Below are positions 29,852-40,503 of a stretch of DNA of 43,248 nt, one piece after another. Numbering within the stretch: the stretch's first letter is position 1; every line of letters begins with the position of its first letter. This stretch comes from Lenisia limosa (Eukaryota; Protista; Breviatea). Made by a program: the position numbers and the translations under genes. The stretch spans positions 1-43,248 of the forward strand of contig LPNZ01009482.1 of NCBI GenBank assembly GCA_001655205.1, written 5' to 3'. The notes beneath the pieces were generated by a model. The model was given only the letters and a program-made list of their open reading frames with translations, did no database searches and was not told the DNA's origin.

Positions 29852-32800
29852 ATGTTCTCACCCTCTTCGCTCCTTGTGACCTTTATTACGTTTGTGTTAT
29901 TGATCCAAAATGCCGTCGGCTCAATTGACGGAATTGCCCAGTCTCCTCTTCTTCCTGTTCATTTAGGCGGATTCGCCTTCTTTGAGGTCAGTCTGGCTGG
30001 TTTTTTTTTATTCCAGTGCCCTCCTTTGTACTTTGCGTTGTGTTTGAGTTACAAAACAGAAACAGAGAATCTCTTCTTTGGTTTTTGTCTTCACTCCATC
30101 CTCTGACGGCTGTTTCTAGTATATCTTTCCCAAGAACGAGACCAGCCCAGGACATGGTGTTGCCATCGGACTGAATGCCAACGGATTTGTAGCCGAATTC
30201 GCTTTCGATTTGGGTGGGGTAGGTTGTCACACTGGTCCTCAAGGAGGTGTTTGGTGATCTTATTGTTTCAAATCTCTTTTCCACCCGCAAACACTGGGAT
30301 CTCCCTTCCCCTTGTGCTACTCCAACACTCTTCAGATGGTGGTACCAGCAACTTTGAGATTCTGAAAACGGGCTACCTCGGCACTAAAATCGCCTTTAAT
30401 GACAGGCAGATGCATAACAGCCGGCATGTGGTGGGGGGGGGGGNNNNNNNNNNNNNNNNNNNNNNNNNNNNNNNNNNNNNNNNNNNNNNNNNNNNNNNNN
30501 NNNNNNNNNNNNNNNNNNNNNNNNNNNNNNNNNNNNNNNNNNNNNNNNNNNNNNNNNNAAATATCGATAGTTTTCGAGGATTTATCGAGATATTCAGTCT
30601 ATTTTTAGAGCGAAGCAAAATTTTACCCGAAACAGACTGTTGGCGCCTGGCACTTTTTGGCCTTGGACATCGGCACGGGCGTTCTGATTGTCATCAACAA
30701 GGACACTCTTCAGGTTGGCAAGGGATGCTATAGTTTAGTGGTGATACTATCGTTTAGTGGCGATGTTGTGTGAGGGGTTGGTGTTGCTGCTTTTCCGCTG
30801 ACCTCTTTAGAGCCGAGTCTTCACCACTTTGAATCTTATCACTCAAGAGTAAGACCGGGCTCACTTCTTCTCACTTTTCCAGTGAATATATTATGGGGAC
30901 AGTTTACATCCCGGCACGTCAGCATTTGTTGATCTATGGATCTGACCTGGCTGTTGCTGCGTTTGATATTTCAAACCCCCTTTCTCCCTGTAGGAGGGGG
31001 GAAAGGACTTACCCTTGACACTTGGATTATTCATTTTCACTCCACAAACACCAGTTCCCCTCCCGTCACATCTTGGAAATGACTCTATTTCTATCCCTGT
31101 TTTTCTCTCTCGATTTGTTGACCTTCCAGCCGCCACCGCCTCCGCTGAGCCTCTTCATTTGAACATAATTGATTCTTGTGACCAGGTATGGGTACAGGGG
31201 AAAAGCATTACCGGAGTATCCTGACGTGATGACTTGATTCATATCATATAATACTAGTACTATATTATGGTGGGGGTAAACATGGTAACTCTTTTTTGCA
31301 GTGTAGTTTTTATTGAAACCATTAGTGACTAGGGCTTCACTTTGGTTCGTAAAAAGACTGAATTACTCAATAAATCCTCGAAAACTACCGATATTGTACT
31401 GGTCTTTTTCGAACCGAAGTGAAGCCCTAGTGGTAACTGTTTTCATTGAATGCACATCCATATGGAGTAGTCACTGTTAGCTCTTGCCTGCTACCTGTTG
31501 TTCTTACCAACATCAACATTTCACCCATGCCAGAGTGATGGGATGCGGTGCTGCCTGGGCTTTGTTTTTTTTTTGTTTTGTTGTTATCAACCCTCGTGTG
31601 TTGTTAGCCAACAGAGTTGATTTTGGGCTTTTTTTTTTGTTTCATAAATTTTCCAATTTTACCCCCCTCCCCATCAGGTCCACGCTTTGAGTTTTATTAA
31701 CTTTAATGGCTATGACGTGGCCTACTTGTACTTTTGCCAAATAGGAGCCACATTTACCTCGACGTTCCAATCTGCCAGCTTTGACGTGAGGGGAAGTCTT
31801 GCTGGCACAGCTTTTCTAGTCAAGGCTTACAGATATGAATGTTTCATATCTACTGTTAGCAACCTTCACTCCCTTCGTAGGACACAACCTTCACGCTGAC
31901 CAACGTTTCGCCTTTTGACGTTCCTTTAACGGTGGGGGGTAATCGTTTTTCTTGTTCCATCTCGGAGGCTAAATGCTACTCACGCTACAATTCCCATCTT
32001 ATTTCTCTTCAATTTGACAACACTTTGCTTTAGGTTACCTACTGATATGGTCCCAATTGACCCTTTTGAATTCCCCCTGACTCGTAGGATTTTCTGCCTT
32101 TTGGGGTCCCTTCCAGTTATGTGTTGTTCGTGCCTCCAGCAATGCGTCTTTATATCGACGGAGTCCCTTCCACCCTTGGAGTTAGTGTGGCTGCTGCTGG
32201 TGGTGGTGATGATGATGATGGTTGCGATGAGTTCCCGTTTCCCTTCTATTGACCTTTGTTAGAGTTATTGCGACCCCGCCGAACCGCTCTACCAAGCTTC
32301 TGACAATGTTTACGTGTGTGATGATGGTAATTCCAATGTAAGAGGGGGGGGGTGACAGAGGTTGAGTTATTTTGGGATTCAATTCAATTCGCCTTATTAT
32401 TGTTCTCCTACTCTATTAACCCCCCCCCCCCCNNNNNNNNNNNNNNNNNNNNNNNNNNNNNNNNNNNNNNNNNNNNNNNNNNNNNNNNNNNNNNNNNNNN
32501 NNNNNNNNNGCAAAAACTGCCACACAATCCGTTCTCACCGATGGCTCGGACGCGCCCTTCCCAGTAAGCCGGTTGATGTTAATTGCGTTGGAGGTAGGGC
32601 TTCACTTCGGTTCAAAAAAACTCGGTAAAATATCGATAATTTTCGAGGATTTATCGAGAAATTCAGTCTTTTTTTGAACCGACGTGAAGCCCTACTGAGG
32701 GGGGTGGTAAAGGAAATTGTAGCAACATCATCTATTTCTTGCACTATGTTAGTAGCGCCAGTCCAATCCAGAGTGTTTCCTTTCTAACCTATTTCCCTTT

Positions 32801-35800
32801 TTGTATGTGTGTGTGTGTAATTTATTTTCCCTTGCACGCAGTTATTCACTTCTCCAGTTGGGTCCGTCAACTTTCTTCGTGAGAGATTACCAATTTGCAC
32901 AAATTGCCGCATTAGAGGTCTGTAAGGTCCCCATCTCCTCCAGGTGCCTCCCAGCTGCTTTTCACCCCTCACAGAATAATGGTTCTGTCACAATTGGCTC
33001 GAAGTTCTACCATCAAATTGCTCCCGATTTCCTTCAGTCTGAAAGGGTGAAGCCAATTTCGGACACTCTTGGTGTGTTCACCAGCGATGTGAGAGGGGGT
33101 ATCCGCTTGTGACACTGTTGCGAATACTTATTTAACATTTTACTATTTCCTTTCCTTCATGCTCCCCCAGTATTCCATTTCGTTTGTGGAGCTGCCTCTG
33201 ATGACTATTCTGCAATCTTACGCGTGAGCCGGGGGTGAGATGTGACACAAAAGGAGGGGGTGATTCCATTTTTGGAACGTCAACCAGGCGTATGGTATTC
33301 CAACTGCTTGCTTTCAGCTGTAAGGCGGAGTCCCTGTTGGCCTGGTAGTCTCACTTTTGCGACTCCCTTTTTATTGTCTCAAATTCTCCTATGGCTGGAT
33401 TAATATATTTTATTTATTTTGTATTTGTAACTAGTTATAATTCCTCATTTTCCAGGTTTTCTGCCAAGAGGACAACAATCAACACCACCCAGAAAATCAA
33501 CTTCCCAGGCATTGCTGTCTGTTGACGACATTTATACTGTATTCTTTGTCTCAAATACCGTGTACTTACAGACCACCTCATGACCCCCCCCCTCCAGGTT
33601 GACCGTTCTCGTGGAGTGGCTTACACGCTGGTTGGAAACACATTTTATGCCACTCACTCCGATCAAAACCTTATCATATCTTTGGAGGTAGGGGGGGGGG
33701 GGACTAAATTGCTCTTATTTCGGATAGAAATTGAGGAGGTAAACAGCTTGCCTATCCTTTGATTCTAATCCGCCTCAGGCTGCTGACGCCGCTACTGACA
33801 TGCAAGGGGTGGTTGCCAAGCAGGGCGAGGACACTGTTTTCGTTGTTGTGAGTGGAGATGGTGTTATGGTTGGAAAGCGTTTTCTTTTTAGCGGCTTTCA
33901 ACTCACCCCACAGACCTTGACTTCGATCTACGAAATGCATTTCAACCCCCCATCCTACTCAAAACTCAGAGACTGGGTCCCCACCGGAGGCACCAGCACT
34001 ATCCGATTCCACCCCGAGCATGTGGATCAATGGGTCTGATGGAGGTCTCTTTGAATCGTTTTTTGACTTTCAGCCTTTTTCTGAATTCTCGTTCTTTCAA
34101 TTGGTCCCCTTTCTAATCCTTCATTTTTTCCTTCCTCACAGGGCAATCTTCGTGGATTAGAGCGGTCAACTGCTACGGATAGAAACGCCTACCCCTTCCT
34201 CTTGGTGAGATACTTATTTATACATATATCTCCCACGATCCCTCTTTTTTTGCTTTGTCTATTATTCCGATGTGGTCTTGCAACTACAATTCGTCACCCT
34301 TCCCTCAGGGAACCACAGTGGACCGATTTGTGAAGGGCTCGCGTGTGATGTCAAGCATGGCAGTGTTTATGGACTCTGACGAGGCCTCTGAGCCTTATGC
34401 TGTTGCTTTCCATAGGTCAGGATTGACCCTGCTGGAGTTCAGAGGTAACTTGGCAATTTCAAATTGGAATTCTACACTTACCCTTTCCTTTTGATTTCAA
34501 AAGATTCTCATCCCCCTCAGAAAACTACATTTCAACTGCCCAGGAAATCTACGCTGATGCTTTCATGATTGATAGACTGGTGTGGAGGAAACAGCTTTGA
34601 AACTTGATTATCTGTTCCTCCTCTCTTTAACATCCCTAGGCCATTGGACAAGGTACTGTCGCGTTATCCTCATCTAACCCGACTGAAATGCTGGTTTGTG
34701 GAGTGAACGCTGCTTGCTGAACTGTTAATACATAGGAGATTAGTTTAGTTAGTGGTAATGAAATGAACCTCGAGAATATCTCAAATTATGTGATTCTCTT
34801 CTATTGTTTTGCAACAAAACTTTGCTTGAAAATTCCACATCTCCTTCTGTTGTCCCCTCTGAAGGATTTGTTGAATCACAACTTTCAGTTCACAAGCACT
34901 GCCGAAATGAAGACAATTTCAAATGTTGGGGGGGGGGGTGATCAGCAAGTGAGAGTTTTTGTATCTACCTGCCCTCACATTGAACCCCGCTTGAATTCTG
35001 CTTTTTGTCAACCTGGTAGTTTGTTCTTTCGCTTGTTCTGTCCTTTTATATCAGGGCAGCATCAGGACTTTCCCTATTACAACTTATCTTACTTGTTCAT
35101 AATAAATTCTTTACCCCCCCTCCACAGACCCAGGAGTTGAACTACCAGTCAGCACCCTACACGTATTACTTCCACACCTTCGCTGTAACCAGTCCTACTT
35201 CTGTTATTTTGATAAGTCTCGACGACATCATGGTTCATCACATCGAACTCCAAACAACTGCTGTTTGTCAGGTGAGAGGGGGGGGCGCCACTGCTGTCTA
35301 TCCAGATTAATAAGCTATTGAATTGAGATTTTTGGATTCACAGAGTTGAGAACTCCGAATCTTCCCTCATCCCCCCCCCCCCNNNNNNNNNNNNNNNNNN
35401 NNNNNNNNNNNNNNNNNNNNNNNNNNNNNNNNNNNNNNNNNNNNNNNNNNNNNNNNNNNNNNNNNNNNNNNNNNNNNNNNNNNNNNNNNTCTGAGAGCAA
35501 CTGTGGTTCATGCGGCAGCACTTGCAACGGTTCGAGGGTCGTGATGAGTCGTTTATGATAGTGGATATTCTATCATATCACAGCAGTATTACTACTAACC
35601 AAATCCCATATAGGTAATGTTTTTCCTGATACGGTGGAGGTCACGGCGGAGGTCATGACTGTTTTCTCCTTCTGACAACCCACTTTAAACTCACCACCTT
35701 GATCCATCAAAAACAATGACAACTCTTCTATATCATAGAATGCTGTTTCTCATTCCACACAGCCCTTGACGAATACTGCACGGGTACCCGTTGTGCCTCC

Positions 35801-38800
35801 AAGTGGTGCCCTGGCGGTGCATTGTGTGGTGGTGAATGTGTCACCTTCGACGTCAACAACTGTGGTGAGCAGGAGGAACTTCTCATCCACATCCTCTTCG
35901 TTATCCTTACTTCCTTATCGTTACTTCCTTAACCTTACTTCCTTTGCCCCTTACCAAGCGGCTGAAACTCCCGTCAAAACATACAATCCAGAGTGATGAG
36001 ATTTATAGCAGATTGATAGAGATTTTTGGAGATCTATATCAGATCTTTCCCAGATCATTCCAGATCTTTCACGATCTCTTCAGATCTTTCGAAGATCTCT
36101 GCTTGCTCCTTTTTTTGCCCCTTACTTCCTTTCCTTTCCGTATATATTAGTCCCCTCACATGTTATTTTATATGACAAGTACCCCCCCCCCCTCAACCCA
36201 TCATATCATATTTTGTGTACATTTCCCTTTTACCCCTCGCAGGAGGCTGTGGTGTTACTTGCTCCGAAGGCTATACTTGCAAGATCGTTCCAGAGGGTGC
36301 CGTATGTCAGCCCCCCAGTATGCAGGCCTGTCTCGAACAACTGGTCTCACCAACGTGTCTTTGACGGTAGCATTATCATCTTCTTGCAAAACGCTTGAAG
36401 ATTTTCTTTTGATTTTGAGGATGTGTCGTAACGATTGAGTTCTTCAGCCTCCCCATTTTGACATGACCCCTCTTACCGTTTAGCTTGCGATCTGCCCAGC
36501 ACTCTCAACTCTGTCATATCATGCAATAACACTGGTGCTGATATCTTCGCCTCTGATAGCTGCACTGTAAGGGGGACAAGACTATCGCAGGAGTGTCGAG
36601 GCATGTCCACTGAATGAACTGAAACTCCCAATTTTCATACCCCCCAGAGCTCTTGCTCCCCCTCGACGTTCTCCAACATGACCGAGCCAGCCGTCTGTCT
36701 TCAAAGCGGAACCTTTGATCAGGACCTCGAATGCTATGGTGTGCAGCATTGTAACGATTATTTACCTTCTCTGTTCAACTTCACGTCCTTTTCCTCGCTC
36801 GTTTCCTATTCTGCCTAACCCCCCAGCCGTGACCTGCACCATGCCCACTGTGTCGAACGGACAGCTGCTGTGTAATAGCACCGGTACCTCCATGTCCACG
36901 GACCAATGCTGGGTGGGTTAGAGGTGCATTAATATACTGTGTGTGAAAAAAATCTGTCACTACCTGCCCCCCCCCCTCTGCTTGTCTTATCTTTACAAAC
37001 TCTCTCTTCCAGTTGGAATGTGACCAGCACTATGAGGCCTCAACCACAGCCTTCTACTCATGCGGCTCGGACAGAAGCTTCAATGCCACCTTCNNNNNNN
37101 NNNNNNNNNNNNNNNNNNNNNNNNNNNNNNNNNNNNNNNNNNNNNNNNNNCCGTTTGGGGGTTACTAAGGGTTAGATATTAGAAGCTCTCTTTTTGCGAA
37201 GTTACTTACCGCATCTTCAGCTGTTCCATGCAATTCAGTGGTGATTCCAAATGGCGACATTGAGTGCAATAACGAAACTACTGGAGTGCTTTCCTCACAC
37301 GAATGCTGGGTGGGCTGTGGAAAGTGGATATAGTACAACGTCATAACATATTAATTCTTGTCAGGCTGACTGTCTTCCTGGCTACTTCGCAGTCAACAGC
37401 ACAACTCAACATTGCAACCTTGAGGGCCTGTTTGAATCTAATTTCGCCTGTGAAAGTGAGGCTTAGACATTGGAGTTCAAGGGATAGTGTTGTTAAGCCC
37501 GCTCAACTTCCTGAATACACTTTATGATTCCTTCTTGGATCTATTCCCCTCCCCCCCTCTAACCCCCCAGCCGTGACCTGTACCATGCCCACGGTGTCGA
37601 ACNNNNNNNNNNNNNNNNNNNNNNNNNNNNNNNNNNNNNNNNNNNNNNNNNNNNNNNNNNNNNNNNAATAGCACCGGTACCGCCATGTCCACGGACCAAT
37701 GCTGGGTGGGTGGCGCACTAAAATGCTGTGTGTGAAGAAATCTAACTATTTGTTCTCCCCCTCCGCTTACCACCCCCAGTTGGAATGTGACCAGCACTAT
37801 GAAGTCTTGACCACAGCCTCCTACTCATGCGGCTCGGACGGAAGCTTCAATGCCACCTTCACTTGTGACCGTTTGGGGGTTATTAAGGGAAATAAAGCAA
37901 GTTAGATATTAGAAGCTCTCTTTCTGCGAAGTTTCTTACCGCATCCAGCGGTTCCATGCAATTCAGTGATGATTCCAAATGGCGACATTGAGTGCAATAA
38001 CGAAACTACTGGAGTGCTTTCCTCACACGAATGCTGGGTGGGCTGTGGAAAGTGGATATGGTATAGTACACAGTGACCGGGATAAGTCTTGACCGATTTG
38101 CTCTGTGATTTCCCAAGGAAAATAGGTCAAGACATCCCAGTCACTGTATATATTGTATATAATATGCAAAGATGAGTTATAAGAATAGGTTATATCGAAG
38201 CCATCCACAAAGACCATCATGCTAATAAGAGATATTGGATTATAGTATTAATTCACCAACCATTTGCTTTACAATTCTGTACATAAAGCTATCTACATGC
38301 CTCCCCAGCATGCTTTGAATAAAAACAATTGCCACATTACATATTAATTCTTCTCAGGCTGACTGTCTTCCTGGCTACTTCGCAATCAACAGCACTACTC
38401 AGCATTGCAACCTTGAGGGACTCTTTGAATCTGATTTCGCCTGTGAAAGTAAAGCTTGGACATTGGAATTCAATGGAGATCCTTATCCCCCCCCCCCTCT
38501 AACCCCCAGCCGTGACCTGCACCATGCCCATGGTGTCGAACGGACAGCTATTGTGTAATAGCACCGGTACCGCCATGTCCACAGACCAATGCTGGGTGGG
38601 AGGGGGGGGGGGTGAAATAGGTGAATAGTGAGAGACACTCAAAAAACTCAAATTGAAGAAACTCGTTCCATTTTTTTGAATGTGTTCGATAGAGAGTATG
38701 AATAACTCTTCCAGTTGGAATGTGACCAGCACTATGAGGTCTCGACCACAGCCTCCTCCTACTCATGTGGCTTGGACGGAAGCTTCAATGCTACCTTCAC

Positions 38801-40270
38801 TTGTGATCGTTTGGGGGTTATTAAGGGGTGGGGTTCTGTTTTGAGCTTCTGCATCCATATTCTGCATTACCAAACCCAAACACACCCACAGACGTCACTT
38901 GTAATATTCTGCCATTGTCTCACCCCACAGCCGTCACTTGTAATATTCCTGTTATTGACCACGGTTTCCTTGAGTGCAACAAATCTGAAGAGCTTGCTGC
39001 CATGTCAAACCATACTTGCTGGGTGAGTGAAGCAATTCTGAATCGCAAACCAATCCCTTGCTATTTATATCGATCATCACTTTATAGAATCGGGTCTCAA
39101 ATTTAACTGAGGCTCTTTTTGATAAACAATGATTTAACAACGATGTCTTCTGAACTTCAGCCAGACACTACCTTTTTTATTTCTCATCTCTCCTCATCAT
39201 AACCCCCCTCAACCTTTGTAGACTGGTTGCAACCCAAGCTATGCTGCCAACACCACCCAAAGCCAAAGCTGCACGCTCTCTGGAGAGTTCTTAGAACCCT
39301 TTAAGTGCTCCCGTGGGCTGACTTTCTTGTTCTAATTTCTGACATTCCTTCCTACCACCTGACACTCCCAGCCATACCCTGCACCATGCCGAATCTAGCC
39401 CAGGGAACTCTTGTTTGTCATAACGGAACGTTTGCTTCTGAAACTTGCGAAGTGAGTTGATGTTTTGTTGAAAGCAACTGACATGGAGTTTCTGCGATCC
39501 TCACCCCCCTCCTTTTGATAGTTTTCTTGTCCCAACACAATGGTAGCGTCACACACCTCCGTTTCTTGTACTGAAGCCGGTAACACCTTCCCTGAACTTC
39601 TTTGCAGTACACCAACCGAAGTCGAAGACAGGTAGAGAAGGGTTGAGTTCAAGGAAGTAATGTAACAGTAATGTAACAGTACCACAACTCATACATACAT
39701 GCATACACACATAATATCACATGCATCATATTATATATTACATACATACACACAAGCTCACACACACGCAGACAATATAATGCGCTATCTGTGCAATGAT
39801 ATTGTTTCTCACTTTCTTCAGTGAGTCTACCTCCGCTGTCCCCGCAGTCGCGGAGGATGATGATGATGGGCTGTCCCTGTGGTACCTCGTGGGCTTGCTG
39901 CTGATTGTCGGTGGAAGCGGCATGGCCATTGTTGTCATTACAAACAAGGTGAGTACGTGTCTCGCAATCTCTTATCGATTGTAAATTACCCCTGCTAACC
40001 ACGTAAATGACAACTCTGACTTTCCTTGATTCAACACTTTACTATTGTCTTTGGTTCCTTACCTTCTCTCGCAACTCCCTACAGAAAGCTGAACCCCTAT
40101 CCAAGACGGAGCTCCAACCTGTGGCTGAGGGAGATTCAACTGCTACCCTTGTTGAGAGCCCTGAAGATGCTACTGTCACCATTGGTACTACTGAGACCCT
40201 CGCTACTGTGGATGATGTTGTTGAAGAACCGAAGGAAGAGGTGAAGGAAGAAGATAGGGTAGAGGTAAAG
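29852..40270 (+). CDS. Large type-I membrane surface protein: signal peptide, beta-propeller-like region, Cys-rich CGSCG repeats, eight 6-Cys sushi/CCP-like modules, one TM helix, acidic tail (3' end lost in gap)
   Basis: MFSPSSLLVTFITFVLLIQNAVGS; AVAAFDISNPLSP (LVIVD-like); NCGSCGSTC; GCGVTCSEGYTC; modules of form C-x11-C-x11-C-x3-C-x13-C-x11-C; TM LSLWYLVGLLLIVGGSGMAIVVI (39822-39949); tail exon 40085-40270. Confidence 0.8.
30559..30617. mobile_element. MITE family 1 partial copy (left part in N gap)
   Basis: aaatatcgatagttttcgaggatttatcgagatattcagtc. Confidence 0.75.
31330..31429. mobile_element. MITE family 1, full copy
   Basis: tagggcttcactttggttcg...cgaaccgaagtgaagcccta. Confidence 0.92.
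32595..32694. mobile_element. MITE family 1, full copy
   Basis: tagggcttcacttcggttc...gaaccgacgtgaagcccta. Confidence 0.92.
36030..36100. repeat. Degenerate ~11-bp tandem repeat (cagatctttc), intronic
   Basis: About six GATC-centred units. Confidence 0.7.
38071..38146. mobile_element. MITE family 2 (Tc1-like), 76 bp
   Basis: cagtgaccgggataagtcttgacc...ggtcaagacatcccagtcactg; absent from the paralogous B1 intron. Confidence 0.85.
38197..38302 (+). repeat. Dispersed repeat family 4, copy 3
   Basis: gaagccatccaca...agatattggattatagtattaattcaccaaccatttgctttac; absent from the paralogous B1 intron. Confidence 0.8.
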
Positions 40271-40503
40271 GTTGGTGGGTGCAAAGAGGAATTATAGGTT
40301 GGGTTTGCAATACCTTTCTTTTCAAATACATTTGACAAAGTACCATGCGTAACCCCCCCCCCCCCNNNNNNNNNNNNNNNNNNNNNNNNNNNNNNNNNNN
40401 NNNNNNNNNNNNNNNNNNNNNNNNNNNNNNNNNNNNNNNNNNACAGTCTCGAGGGAATATGGGGGGGTTGTGTTATGGGTGTTCAGAGGGATGAACGAGG
40501 GCT

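Larger units (their letters stand above)
36484..39630 (+). repeat. Internal exon-pair tandem duplications encoding sushi-like modules (order M0-A1-B1-A2-B2-A3-C-D)
   Basis: A units start at 36827, 37571 and 38510; B units at 37221 and 37949. Exon and intron sequences are near-identical between copies. Confidence 0.92.

Noticed and set aside
32182-32382. His/Gln-rich ORF (HHHHHHQQQ)
   Set aside because: It is the antisense of an intronic (GGT/GAT)n microsatellite in the + gene.
2239-32694. All family-1 MITEs as introners
   Set aside because: Apart from the 10973 copy, they lie inside introns that have their own splice sites, and they show no orientation bias relative to host genes.
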